From the NCBI GenBank assembly GCA_040954595.2, contig CM082583.2:94542-158541 (forward strand): 64,000 nt of DNA, given 5' to 3'. The position numbers were made by a program, and so were the translations under genes. Under the pieces are notes generated by a model. The model saw only the letters and a list, made by a program, of their open reading frames with translations, was not told the DNA's origin and made no database searches. Source of the stretch: Balanoglossus misakiensis (taxonomy: Eukaryota; Animalia; Hemichordata). Positions within the stretch are counted from its first letter, which is position 1. Each line of letters opens with the position of its first letter. Below are positions 11,530 to 25,717 of the stretch, in pieces.

Positions 11530-11946
11530 GGATGTACGTGCAGAACATAAACCGGAAACACTGCGTGTCCGGTCTTTTTCCCATAGGATTACATTGATAA
11601 TCGCCAGAAAACAAACTTCTACTATTGTCATTTTCTCGAAATTTTACACATAGCTCAGTCCAGCAAATATAAATTCATTGGTCAAATAAAATATAGGGGT
11701 CACCGCGCTCTTTTTTGAGATAAATTGCATTAAGAATTTTGGCCATAGACAAACAAACCATTGGTGAAAAATGCTGAGTCAGCAGATTTCTTCTATTATC
11801 GACCAATTTCATGGCTCTGTATTTCAAAAACAAGCGCGGTGACCCCTATATTTTATTACGGATTTTCATTATACATACAAAAGAGAATAAAAAAATCCAC
11901 AATTAAAAAAAATGACAATACTTTCCATTTTATTGAACGTACATCC
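11530..11946. mobile_element. Second TTAA/Kolobok-like MITE, 417 bp (copies at 29868-30284, 45744-46160, 61738-62154)
   Basis: tcaa|GGATGTACGT ... ACGTACATCC|ttaa, with internal inverted pair ATAAAATATAGGGGTCACCGCGC / GCGCGGTGACCCCTATATTTTAT. Confidence 0.78.
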
Positions 11947-12430
11947 TTAATGTTACTTAGGTAGTGGAGCACCAAAACCCAAATTTTCATATCGATTGTG
12001 TATTTTGTGATAAAAGCACCAAACTTGGCTCAGATGTGTGTTAATGTGTACTGAACAAATTCAGATAGCGAGTCACTAAATATCTGTTGAAGAGTTTCCA
12101 TGGCAACCAATTTTTTTTCAAAATGGCCGCAAATACAGATAATCACACCTGTTAAACATCAAAATAAATTCAGATTACAATATTTGAAACAAGAAACTAC
12201 GGAAAGAATGGTTTGCAATAGAACTATGGTTATTAAACTACAAATGTACTTATAAGGGTAACTAAGGGATCAAAATACAGGTGCAACTTTCAATCCCTGG
12301 TACTCGCATTAGTATAGGTGCTCCCCCTAGTCAAACATTACGGCTAGTTGCGATATTTAACTTGAAGTACGTAAATTACACACACACGAATCGCAACAGT
12401 TAGCGAGTCACTAAATATCTATTGAAGAGT

Positions 12431-14417
12431 GACTATGCAGTATTCAAGATCCACCCTTTCCACAATACGTGTGAACTTCTACTCTCTACATGGAATGTCC
12501 GCTCAGCTAGATGCAAATCATTAGACATTGCAGACTACATCACAGATAAAGAAATTGATATTCTTGTACTCACTGAAACATGGTTGAAGGAATCTGGTGA
12601 CGAACACGTAATGGCTGAATGTACACCACCAGGCTATGCTGTCAAACATCTACCTGGGGTTGGCAAGATCGGTGGAGGCTTAGCTTAAATTCATAAGCTA
12701 GCACTAAAATAAACAGCTTGGAAGCCTATTCTCTCTGTTAAATCTTTTGAGGCAGCGGAAGCAACTATTTTTCACCAGAAACTTTCCATGAAAATAATTC
12801 TTGCCTACCGTCCACCACCATCAGTTAATAATAAATTCACCGCACCACAGTTCATGGAAGAGTTCAGTACAACACTTGAGAAGTATGTCACCTGCTCAAG
12901 TAATCTCTTCATCGTAGGAGATTTCAATATTCACCTAGAAGATGATAAGAATCCAGTAACACAGAAATTCAATGGAATCATCAGCGCCTGTAATCTGAAA
13001 CAATGGGTCCAACAACCAACACACAGAAAGGGTCATACTCTTGATCTCATCTTATCTAACTCTGCGTCTAACATCAAGAGTGTCTCTGTAGACTGCTTGG
13101 AACTCTCTGATCACAATCCTGTCAATGCAAAACTTGCTCTTCCGAAACCAACACACAGTAGACGTCAAATATCTTATCGTCATATCTGCCATTTCAATTG
13201 ATAGTTTCAGCCATGATCTCGACAAAATACATCAAATGTCCTAGCCTCCAAATGACCTCTCCTCAGCCATATCAGCTTATAACCAACCCGTCAGTCTCCA
13301 TCTAAAACACGTGTACTTGATCTCATCCCTACAGCACTTGATAAGCAATGTCTTGGTAATCTGCTCACTATCATAGCCACAATTATCAATTTGTCACTCA
13401 AAACTGGAACTGTTCCTGAATAACTTAAAATAGCAGTCATCACACCAATATACTCAAGAAACCTTCGCTCGACAAAAACATTTTCAAGAACTATAGACCA
13501 GTTTCAAACCTAACCTTCCTGTCAAAAGTAATCGGGAAGATTGTAGCACAACAACTGACATCATATTTGACTACCAACTCACTACAAGAACCACTGCAGT
13601 CAGCGTACCGAAAGGATCACAGTACCGAAACAGCACTTACTAAAGTCAACAACAATATTTGTATGGCACTGGATGCCGGTAAATGTGTACTCATGGTTCT
13701 CCTCGATCTCTCCTCTGTGTTTGATACCATAGATCACGACACAATCATCTCAAGGTTATCAAAACTGGGCATCACCAACATCGCACTACAATGGTTCTCA
13801 TCATATCTTAAGAACAGACAGCAGTTTGTATGGCACAATGTCAGAACCTCAATATCTACAATATGGAGTACCACACGGTTCAGTGCTTGGCCCACTTTTG
13901 TTCTGCAGCTATTTGTCACCACAACATCAATTTTCACCAATATGCCGATGACAACCAACTATACCAATATTTCTTCCAGTTAGACACCATAAGTACATTA
14001 GACAAGATGGAAAGGGCAGTTCACGAAATAAAAACCTGGATGACACATAATAAACTTCAACTAAATGGTGGCAAACCCGAGGTACTCCTGATAAGGTCTC
14101 AGTTCAACCGCTCGCCTCGTCCCATAAACCACATGAGCATTGGATCATGTTGTGTTCAAATTGTGAATTCTGCACGGAATATAGGTGTGACATTCGACGA
14201 CAATTACACTTTCAATAAGCACATTAATGCAATTTGCAAGTCAATTTTCTTCCATCTGCGTCAAATCAGCCACATTCGCCGTTACCTCACTAAGGAAGTT
14301 TGCCAGATGCTGGTTCATGCTCTAATCACATCAAAACTGGACTACTGCAATGCAATACTCTGTGGTTTACCATCATCATGCATTCAACCGCTACAGCATG
14401 CCCTGAATTCTGCAGCC
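12431..14417 (+). mobile_element. Decayed non-LTR retrotransposon (L2/CR1 group) ORF2: APE endonuclease plus reverse transcriptase, U1
   Basis: APE motifs WNVRS, ILVLTETWL, YRPP, VGDFNIH, HTLDL, SDH. RT motifs [41 protein letters not shown]. Has stops, frameshifts and an internal deletion. Confidence 0.93.
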
Positions 14418-14857
14418 ACCATGGCCTCCTTCACAAAAACCTCACCAGACCCCATAATGCCTCCATCTCTTACACCACACCTTATACCCACCACAAATCC
14501 TAGCCATCACCCAACCTATCATAGCCCAAACAATCCAAACCCAATCAAAATTGACCCTAGCCCCACTTATCAAGCCATCAATGCTCAACGGCAACCCAAA
14601 TAACACTTAACTTAAAGATTGGCATAAATCCAAACTCATACCACTGCGACCCCAAATATACAACACAAAGACTCAATCACGAACCAATACCTACCATTTG
14701 TAGCAAATACACGACCAAAGATTTGATCCCATCTATCATCCATATATCATCAGAAAGTTGGGACGATGAGCAATGGGGCAGAGACTGATCATCAAAAATT
14801 TGAGACAGGGAATTCCAACAAATGAGATCATTAAGTTAAATATGCAAAGCAAATCAG

Positions 14858-15169
14858 TATGTCCAGCTAAAGGCAAGTCATGCAGGAAGTGTGGCAAACC
14901 TAACTATTTTGCCAAATGCTACCGATCAAAAGGCAAGGCAAATAGGGTAGACAAGGATGAAACTGTCAAAGCTGTGCATAAAGTGGAAGACAGCTCGGGA
15001 GATGAATACTGCTTCACTGTACAACAATCAAATGGCAGGAGGCCTCAAGTAACAGTGCAGATAGAACAAACAGCAGTTGCCTCACTGATCGACCCTGGTT
15101 CTACAATAAACATGATGAGTGTAAACACATACAACAACCTAAAGAACAAACCCATGTGGCAAACAGAAA
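14858..15169 (+). mobile_element. Gypsy gag knuckle/protease remnant (LTR and 5' gag deleted)
   Basis: Identical to 34169-34480 and joined upstream at a TCAG microhomology. Confidence 0.85.
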
Positions 15170-18100
15170 GCCCGTTTTACCACTGTCAGCAGTGCATTAT
15201 TGAGTATTTTAGCATCGCTGGATTTAGCTCTCGTCCAATCAGAATTGCGGACGGTAGCATGATATAATATAATTGAGAATAAATCTCGCGACAAGTGTAC
15301 AGTTTGACAATGTACACAGATAATCCGTTTCAACAATGTTTCCTTTGTAGTGTGAATAAAACTGCACACTTTGCAAGTTTTCAACTTCAAAACACTATGG
15401 CTATTACAGAGACAAAGCTGCTAATATACAGTGTATACCTGTCATTTTTGTTTGTGGTGAGATTTTCATTGGCACAGTCGCACAAAGCTCACACAAGAGG
15501 AAATTACACTTTCTGTTGAATTCACTGCATCCTGCTAACTTTAAGTCATATATCCAGTGAAACATTAAGTTATAGAATTTTCCATCGCAGTATTCTGTTT
15601 TATATACATGTATAGCAGTCCCACACATATTGATTAATTTGACAAAAGAAACTGACTGACAATTTTCACAGCGCTCCCAGTATAGCATCCTTGGCAGGTG
15701 CACGTCAATGCCCCACACGAGGTTAGGGTTGGCAAGTGCTGCCATTTTGACATGGGTTGTTAGCACTGATCAATTCCTACGCATGACAGAAAAATGAAGA
15801 ATTAGGCTATGGGCCGGACCTGCCTATCGTTTCAAAATGCACTCTGTATATTATGGTTTATTTCTTTTACATAAAAACAAGTCTTCTTGCTCTAATATGA
15901 TAAAAGAAAAAAAACTTCAACTTAAATATTGCGTCCTCAGAGGTAATATCGAGCCCTAAAAATCAGGTATGCTAATGCGGTTAAAGGTCGTGCAGTTCTC
16001 CTTATAACAAGCGATCTTATTGGTGGTTACGTGACTGCACCAATCACAGAATGCGTTATGTCACTCAGCAATTACACACGCAGGGCAAACTATCAGGCAG
16101 CTACATGTATACTAGTATACATGTTACAGAAGATTAAACAGAATTGTTGGTAAGGAAAGTTTGAGCAGACTAGTCCATTCAATGTAAAAAATGGTGCTGA
16201 TTCCAAAAAAGTCAGTCTTATTGACCCCTTTCAAGACAAAATTGCCATTTTTGCCACTTTTAACCCAAAAGGTCATTTAAAAAACACTCAAAACACACTG
16301 TTTTCATCACATTCGGAGATCTGATGACATTTGAGGATTATGCGGAAACAGTGACACACCAGAATAAAAATTACAGGTGACATTTGCAAGCAGATATGAT
16401 CTGACCATATAGAAATATGGAATGTAAAAACATTAACAAGGAACATGCCCAATAAACTGTCATGTGTCATGGCAGTCTTACAAGTGGTGCTAGAAAAAAA
16501 AATGACCAAAAATTGTCTGTACAAACACATATGCGAAGCAACTTCTTTCAGTCAGCCCTGGAACAGACACACACTGACCTGCCACTGGTAATTAAAATTT
16601 GATAGCTGGTGGTCTCTGTAACAGCTGGCCTATTTAAGTTATGTAAACATGTCTTTGTTCGAGGTAACAACTCCTTGTAAATAGTAACTTTAAAAACAAC
16701 TGGACAATTTGTTTAGGAGAAGATTTGCTAACCAAAAACTAAGAAACTTACCAAAAAAACTCGCTAAATATTTAATCTTTCTGATCTCAGAACTGAATAA
16801 AAGTTGCACATATACAGGTATGTGTTATGAAATTATATCCTAAATTTCAAAGCAATCAGAGAAAAAACTAATTTCAAAGCAATCCAACAAGCAGTTTCAC
16901 AGAAAATATTTGTTCAAAAGTGGCAAAAACACAAATATGCAAATATCACCAAAATTGTACAATATCTTACTTCAATCACTACAAGGAACATGCTGCCTAA
17001 GTTCAATGCAATAGGACAAGCGGTTTCAGAGAAAACAATTTTTGACAAAAATTGCAAAAGTTTCCCCGATAACACATTTATGCAAATATCTTTTTTTTTA
17101 CAACATATTATTTAGGTTACCCCTACGAACATGCCTACCAAATTGGAAAGCAATCTGGCATGAGGTTTTAAAGAAAAACATTTTTTGACCAAAAATGGCA
17201 AATATTGCTCAAAATTATAGATATGCAAATTTTGCAACAATTTGAACAAAACTATGGTTACTTAGACAACATTAGGAGGCTTCATACTAAATTTCAAAGA
17301 CTTTTTACCAATAACATGGAAAAATACAAAAAAATGCAAAAAAAATAGGAAATCGATAATATTAGCTCAAAACATACAGGATTGTATGAGGTTGATATAA
17401 GGTACATGCATACCAATTTTCAAATCAATATGACCAGTGGTTGTCCAGTTTTTGAGTTTTGACCAATTTCACATTTTCCCAGCTAATTTGCATATTTTTG
17501 GCAATGACATCTTCATTTGAACAAACTCCCATCTACAGCCCTGCCTGCATCTACACGCCAAATATCGAGGTCATACGCGCTGCGGTTTTCAAGTTTTCGA
17601 TGTGGACGGACATACAGACATACATCCATCCATCCATCCATCCATACATACAGACGTAACCAATCCCATAAGGTCCCATGGTACATACCAATGGGACCTA
17701 AAAACTTGTGACTTACATGTAACACATGTTTGCCCAGTGTAGCAGGTTGGACAGTTGCAGGTGTAGATTGAGCAGGAGCCTTGAAGTGGCTGATACACTC
17801 CGTTATTCAGACATGGGTTTAGAAGACACTGGTTGATCGCTAAGGGTGAGAGAAATGAAAAGTATCACATTAGGGTCTTACACACTTGAGTGGGAAGTGA
17901 AATCTGTAGCAGACTGTCAGAAGATTGCACATCCGTGTGATCATGTTCATGTGTGAAGGATAATGAAGACCACTTGATCCAAGCTTGGTGCTACCATCTT
18001 TATCATAATTACAGCATCTTATAATATTTACTAGTTGGGGGTGGGGTGGGGTGGGGGTGGGGGTAGTTGATGTCATAACTTTCTGATGTTTCAATTTACG

Positions 18101-20406
18101 GTTGGAAAAATAGCAACATCTACTCTGATGAGCATTTGAGTCAATGAAAGTATACATCATGGCTACGGTAGTGCATATAAGTCTCTTGGTTAGCTGCACA
18201 ATCACAGGCAACTTTATTGAGACAATATCAATGACAAAGCCCAGCGATTTCTACTTTGTGCGGCAAATCTGACACTGGTTTGCTTACGTTCAGCGCACGT
18301 GGTTCCGATGAAACAGCGCGAACTCTGGCATCTGAACTCGGTGCAGGACACTTGCTGGCAGAATCCACTGTTTAGACAAGGGTTGGGCTGACACGGATTC
18401 AAATCTGTGCACAGAAGAGAAAGTGATATAAATTGTGTACAGTTAATATTTACTACATATACTTTAAACAGATTTGTGCAGTCAGGGTTGAGTGGTAAAA
18501 ATCTCAGTTGGTCAACAGAACATCACTGTGACAAATTTCTTCCATGTTCAACAAAAGAAACGTAATGAAATTTTGACACAGGTGTAATAGTGTCTTAGTG
18601 TACCATACGGTGCAGGTTGTTGTTTGGTCAAATACACAATCCCCTTTTATGGCACACACATTCTTAATAAATTTCCCCAAAATTGTGTCGTTATTCACTG
18701 TTTGATACAGGTTGGAAGAAACCAACTGCAAGCCGATTATGTGTTATGTTATTATGTTCCTCTTCATCTGAAATTTAAAATCACTCACATGTCTGACATA
18801 AATCGCCGGAGTAACAGCTTGTACAGGAGCATGTGAATTCAGTACACCAATTGGGCGTCAGCACACAGTTTCCACCATTCTGACACTGGATGGGTTGACA
18901 CTGGTTGACAGCTGTGGGATGTGCAGTCAAGATATTGTCAAAATTACAGAATTTACAAACTACACTCCACAGTCATGTACATGTATACATGACAACAACC
19001 AAAGGGCTGTTTTGAAAAACCAAATGCTGTGAAATCCTTTAGAGTGTGACAAGAAACCACAGTTGCAACCGAAAACAAAAATAGTGATAACATTAAGCTA
19101 GCCCAAAGTTTGAGTTACCAGGGCTTTAATATGTGTACCGTACTTATATTATATAATACATAACAAGTGTTTTGCATTGAATAAAATAATATTGGTTTGT
19201 ACTTACGCATTGTACATGTGGCACCAGTGAAGCATTCGGTACACATACAGTCAAACAGGAAACAGCCGTCTCGCGCAACGCATGTGCCACCATTTTGACA
19301 AGGCATAGAGTATAACTGATCAATGGCTGCCAAAACAAAAATGAAAGTATCAATTACCTGCTTGTCAAAAACTTGTACATGTACTTGTGATGTTCATTTC
19401 GTTTAAATATGTGAGCAATGTCTTCATTCCTTGTTTCAAACCTGTACATTTAAAATAACATAATGATGCTATTGCTAGGATTTTTCTGTAAGAATCTTGA
19501 AAAATTAAAAAATGTGCCGTCAACATGATACAGAAGGCTTTCCTTTTTAACGTGCACCTCACACTCAATTTTGACCCTACATCAGCAAATTTTGAAAGGA
19601 TGAAACTTAGTAATGCTTCCACCCCATTTATTGGTGTATGGGTCCATCTATCACATTGAGAATACCAAAAATGAGGGTTTATATACCACGCTGTGTCATA
19701 AAACAGTAATTCGACACACCTACGGCACAGATGGCCCCAGTCCAACACTACTGGCAGTAACAGGTGTAGTCAGTATAAGAATTTGGTGTTTGGGAACAAT
19801 AGCCTCCATTTTGACACGGATTCTGATCACATGGGTTAATGACTATCAGAAAAAAAATAGTTTAAAAAACATGAAATGCAGATGGCTACACCTCAACCAA
19901 AGATGATTCCTGCACCACAACAAAATCCTTTGACACAAGCATTATACTGGAACCATACCCAGAACACGCATTAAGTATATGATGAAGGGACAATGTCTCT
20001 ATTTTGGGTAATACAGTAAAACCTGTCTTTATGGACACCTCTCTAATCAGAACACCTAGTAAGATTGATTTTTCAAGCCAAATAGTAAGGATAATTAAGG
20101 ACGTCTCTTTTACTTAATACTCAGATGTGTGCACCACCTTAGGAGAGATTACCTCATATGCACAATTATCTCTACAGACACTAGTCTTCAAGAGGCAACT
20201 CTTGTATATTTGAGTGATGAAAACATCCAGCTTCGTACACTTCCTCACAAGTTCGTGCCTATCCTAAATTGCACGGACATACAAATGAAATTTCTGTTTT
20301 CTTTTCTCTTGTGGAAATTTTAGAAATGAGAAGTTACCACACAATTCAATTGCCATGAAGAGAAAGTGCCCAAAAGATTGTCATTTACGGTACGTCAGAA
20401 ACTTAC

Positions 20407-20529
20407 ATATTTCACAACGGTTACCCTCATAGCAACCAGTACAGGCACAGGTATATGCCGTGCAGGAGTTGGCCACTGCATTACATACAGCCCCGTTGAG
20501 ACAGCTGTTTCGCTGGCATGGATCTTGGA
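20407..20529 (-). CDS. EGF exon E6 (U2 copy): QDPCQRNSCLNGAVCNAVANSCTAYTCACTGCYEGNRCEI (8 Cys)
   Basis: 123 bp, cag acceptor and gtaagt donor, open frame. The U1 remnant 5545-5625 has lost 46 bp including the donor; A units have first Cys to Tyr. Confidence 0.82.
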
Positions 20530-23387
20530 CTGCAATAAAAAGTGCAACCTAATGTTATCTCAGCAATATTTACTTTCAAAATCTGTTTGATAAAAACATC
20601 ATCATTACCATTACTGTAAATACTGAACGGAACTTCACTTCCAAAAACAACTTGCTCATTCTGGGACGCACTTGTGGGGCTATGAAAATCTCTGTATATG
20701 TATCTTCATGAATAATTTTCATGAACGATCAACATTTTTTTCTTCAAATAAACATGTTTTCTTTCAGTTGTACATCATTTTTTAGGTGAACGATTCCCAA
20801 GGCCCAAGGTGTGATGCTGAAGATGAAAATATAAAGTATGACCAACAGACAATGTATTGAGACATGATTGTAAATGTTAGTTCCTGCATGACAAAATGTT
20901 TGTTTTAATGAGTTTTACACTGGCTGCAGTGTGTGCCGGTGAAACATCCTGGACAAGTACACTCATAAGTTGTACACGACAGCCGAGTACACTGCCCATT
21001 GTTCAGGCATGGACTTGGCCTACATGGAGTTTGTTCTGTTTCAATGGAATGAAAATAAATAAATAGTAGTGACATAAGTTTTTAGGGTATGACCATTTCC
21101 TTAATTCCTACAGCTGTGGTTCTATCGGGTTCTCCTATAACTAAGCCTCCTTAATGTATAACTGAACAATAAGAATTACTTATTATACTTTTGGGAGTTT
21201 AGGACTTAGTAATTGCAAAAAAGACTCAATTCCTGAAAGTGCCTATTTGGTTTGTCACATCCTAAATATACAGGTAATTTCATAGCTGCCAGCTATGACA
21301 AATATACCGGTATGAGGGGGGAAAAACAGTTCCTCGTCTGATAAATTTACCTTGGTCACAGGTGATTCCAATGATACAGCCTTGACAGCGACAGGTAAAC
21401 GCACTGCACGATCCACTGATTGGCTCACAGATACCGTTGTTCATGCACGGATTGGGAGAACATTGATCGAGTCCTGGGGGTTGCATGTAAATCAACCAAC
21501 AATTGCATATTAACATCACAAGTCATTTCACTATTTTTTCATTCCAAACTTAAAAGATTGCTTGTAACTTGCTGAACAAATATTCATATGGACAGACTAT
21601 TCTAGCTTGGAACAGGCAAAATCAAGGGTGCCCTGACGCCCAACTTTTAAGAGCAGTTCATTTACTGAAACTGCCAGCACCCAATATTATCCCACATGTA
21701 ATCAATATGTGGAAATCAAATACATCTGTAACAGTTTTAATTTACCATGTGGGTATTTGCATGGAGGGCCATGGTATTTGTTACCTACTGATAAAATACC
21801 CTTCAAAACAATATCCTCATTTCTTCAGAAGTTTGGCAACAAGACCAATAAAGTTTCACATCAAAATTTACAATGTATAAATAAGCTTAAAAGATCTACG
21901 GAATGAAGATGGCTTGTTTGTTTGCAGGGTGTCTTGAAAGTATATACTCACTTGTTTGACCATGGACCCTAGAGAAAGAAGGACGCGCAACTCCATTTTT
22001 TTCTTGAAATGATGTTCTTTTGCATACATTATTTCCAGATAAATCCCAATAATCCAATTTGCAAATAAACTGTGTATAAACTAACGCAAAGTCTCGTGTT
22101 TTGTGTGAAGTTATCACAACACCTCAGAACATCTCGCAGAAGACGAGAAAACTGCAACGTGGTTGAACGCAGCGATTATTTATGGAACACATCTGGACAA
22201 GTTAAACAGGAATTTGAATCTGAGTCTGACAGCGTCCAAAACAAGCATCTTTTGTCTAACAGTCCGGGTATTTCACAAGGCTGTGAGCTAACCGTACCGA
22301 GGGTTGCCTGGCGGCCATAGTGCACACATGATAATCCACCCAGTTTGTTTACAAATTGTTTTCGTGAAATCTGTTTTATTGTTCACGCACTGCGAAATAA
22401 AATGCCCCTAAACCACAATTTTTATTTCAATGCTTCACGCAAACATAAAATTATTACGAAAAGTGTCAGCGTTACTAAGAAATATGAGTGCCCAGTCGGA
22501 CATGCAAAAAACATGGATGATTTGTTTACAATTTTTAAATGAAGCTTGTGGCACTAGAAATGACCGTTCAACCGACAGACGAACACCAAACCATAATAAT
22601 TAGCACAGACATCGTAATACTTTTAGAATTTTAGAAAAAAACGCAGTGGCTGCTGAAATGCAGTAGTGCCAGTTTGGTGGCAAGTTTTCGTATCACTGGT
22701 GGGGTCGACACGTGCCGAAGTAAGGAAGTCATTGTCCGACTGTCCTGGGTGTTAATTATATACAAAAAAACATCATCATACAGATAATCCCCAAACCCTT
22801 TGATCTTTGCCGCAGTTGCTCGCCCTTCTTTCTCTAGGGTCTATGGTTTGACAGATGTCACCTGTGTAATAGTTCACACACTGGCATGAATAGAAATTGC
22901 ACGATGTTTGCTGGCAAAATCCACCATTCATACATGGGTTGGGATCACAGGGGTTTTGCACTGGAAATTAAGAAAGGACGCCATTTTATTCCTTGCTACT
23001 CATTCTACAGTACAGATATGGCAAAAACCTTGCAGAATTATGGCAAGGGTGTGTGGAGTGATTGTGCCTACAACTTATATTAGGCTGGTATCAAGTTGTT
23101 CACACCTCCATAGATCACGTGGCAGTGACTGTGAGGCAAGGGCTTCCCTTCATGAAATCAAAGACCTGTGTACTGGAGGAGGGTTCCTTGCAAATGCTTG
23201 ACTTGACTTCAAGCACACCTGTAGACTCATACTAGTATGTAAATTTACACTATCTGGCCTGGAGTGAGAATTTCCATAGTGGATGTGTGTTGACAAAAGG
23301 CAGTAAAATTGGCCAGTCGCGCATAATGTTTCTTGAACCAAGACAATCAAGACATTATGCGCCACGAAAGTGATTTTGATTAGAAAG

Positions 23388-25717
23388 GAGGTATGTAAGA
23401 CCCCACATAGACCCGATCTGAGACCATGTTCTGAGAGTCTCAAATGTGAGTAAATGCTATCTGAGACCGCATTTGAGACTGCTTTGGAGACTCTCAGATA
23501 CAATGTAAACTGCAATTGAGACCGTATTGGAGATCGCTTTTGAGACTCTCAGCTTGCGTTTAAATGCTAATTGAGACCGTCAACTTCGTCATATCGAGCC
23601 AACAGAAGTTACAGTAATAAAGATGACCTAACACCCAGCCTTCATGGCGATCGAGATGTTAATTCTTCCACGGTCTCTCAAAAGTTGTGCATGCCGTACT
23701 GGACATCTCATATACTGGAGTTGAATGTTTTGTAATCGGTTCTGACTATAAGATAGGACATTTTCTCAGCTTTCAAACGAGGGCGTCAAGTTTTTACAAG
23801 GGCGAATGGTGCGCGACACGATCTGTAGAGAGCTCACGTACATCATGCAGATCGGAGCGACCGACAGCGCGGTGCGGTGAAATGTCGTGCTGTGTGTCCT
23901 TTTTTAAGATATTAGATCTATCTACTAGTAATTATCTCAAAACGTACAGACATAGCCCGAATACCGGGCGTCGGTTACAACATACGATGAGTATAATCGT
24001 ACATGGGCGACCAGAAGTTACTAGTAATTGTACTTGTACTACTAGTATGACTTGACATTGTAATAAACGATCAAGTCACTCCATGACCCACGCGTCGACC
24101 GTGGAACAATGAACTAACTCACGGGCGACTTTGTTTCCGGGGCTGTCAAAAGAGTTGAGTGAATGACGTGGTAGTGTTTTACGTAGACGCTAGGACGTGT
24201 CAACGGTTACTATAGTAATCGTAGATCTATTGATCTCTCTCTATCGCCGAAGCAGAGTGAGGCCGGCTTACATGTAAGACAAAATAAAAATGTTGTCAAG
24301 TATGGTCCCGATAACTCGACCATACCAATGCATTTTTTTTCGCTGCCGATACAAACATCTGTCACAATACATGTAAAGTTGGGTAAAAGCTTTAAAGTTG
24401 TAATAAAATATTTTTTTTTTCAATAATGTTTCACGTTTGTCATTATATGATAAAGGCTTACATTGCCCTTTTTTAATCTTAGTTTTATAGAAAGTTGTTC
24501 ATTTTGTAAACGGACTCCCACCCAGAGGAGGTCAGTTTTAACACGTATGTCACTTCAAAGCTAAAAGAAGTAAGGAAAGAATTACATGTACTAGAGGCAA
24601 CTGACGTCGGGTTTAATGAGGTCACGAATCGAATGTCGCCGCAACGTAGCCACTATCCATGACTGCTCTTACCTAAACAGTGGAAGTTCGTGAAGGGGTC
24701 AAGGCTTATACAATCACACTGAGGAAGGTAGAAATTGAAGCTCAATTGAAAAAAAAACGATGATTTTTCAAATGGTTTCGGAGAATCAAAATGAAAAGAA
24801 CAATTTCCATGCGAAGTGTGAACTGTTTTTTCATTCATGAGATTGGGAGTCTGTATCATCGGCAAACTCAACAACAATACGGCAACAATATGTGTGAACG
24901 GGGCGTCAATGTACGGCATTACAGAAAATATATATATCCACAAAAGGGCGACTTTGCGGGTCTTTGATCATTTGTTTTATACACATGTCAATCTCACTAG
25001 ATAGATCTTTGTGTCACCGACGTTAAATTGTGTGCAGTACCCTATTATAAGATAAGCTACTGTAAAACGGGATTCTTTTTAGGCTGGGAAATTTTTGCGA
25101 GTTTCTCTTTTAGTATTTGTATTCACCAGTCTATTTGCAATCAACTAGTAACCACCGACTGTTTCTTTATCACTGATTTAAATGTAAATACTAGTACCAT
25201 CGCTTGTTGTTTTCTTTTGAGTGAATAAAGTACAAGTGTGTGTGGCAGTGTTGAATCATGGCAGGTATCGATCGTGTGTGTACATGCATGCAAAAATCAT
25301 TCGTCAGTTTTCGGGGGAGCGACACAAAGTTTCCTCTTTCGATTTGTCAGGAAACACTCTTGTGTAGCAGATTCCGCTAACAAACGCTTAGCACTGAACT
25401 CCATCGCGATATCGGACAGCAAGACAGTGAATTGAAGTCTCGTGAGGAGTTAAGTTATAAGTGATACAGACGCGATACTTTCATTGATTATGGGCAATGT
25501 TGTGTGGTGTTGATTGTTACATGTACACTCTCAATTAGCATTTAAACGCAAGCTGAGAGTCTCAAAAGCGATCTCCAATACGGTCTCAATTGCAGTTTAC
25601 ATTGTATCTGAGAGTCTCCAAAGCAGTCTCAAATGCGGTCTCAGATAGCATTTACTCACATTTGAGACTCTCAGAACATGGTCTCAGATCGGGTCTATGT
25701 GGGGTCTTACATACCTC
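23388..25717. mobile_element. Non-autonomous foldback-like DNA transposon, 2330 bp, 189-bp TIRs, present only in U2
   Basis: TIRs at 23388-23576 and 25529-25717 look identical by eye (mirror ORFs MQFTLYLRVSK on both strands). Flanks are TAGAAAG and TGGAAAG; U4 has an empty site with a single TGGAAAG at 57589. Confidence 0.92.

Larger units (their letters stand above)
1..14857. repeat. Tandem segmental-duplication unit U1 (A type)
   Basis: The ORF track repeats with offset 14857 (282..533 vs 15139..15390), and TATGTCCAGCTAAAGG at 1 recurs at 14858, 34169 and 49072. The boundary is an arbitrary phase of the array. Confidence 0.97.

Noticed and set aside
12422-14603. Reverse transcriptase beside repeated variable cassettes as a DGR- or retron-like diversifying system
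   Set aside because: The RT has an APE endonuclease and L2/CR1 motifs and is broken by stops and frameshifts. There is no template/variable repeat pair with adenine-specific differences.
14773-15267. 164-aa ORF as a new functional zinc-knuckle gene
   Set aside because: It is a deletion-junction product with a degenerate knuckle and protease motif, and it already has a stop in the U3/U4 copy.
23687-25435. ORFs inside the 2.3-kb TIR element as a transposase
   Set aside because: They are short (65-122 aa) with no recognisable DDE, THAP or zinc-finger motif.
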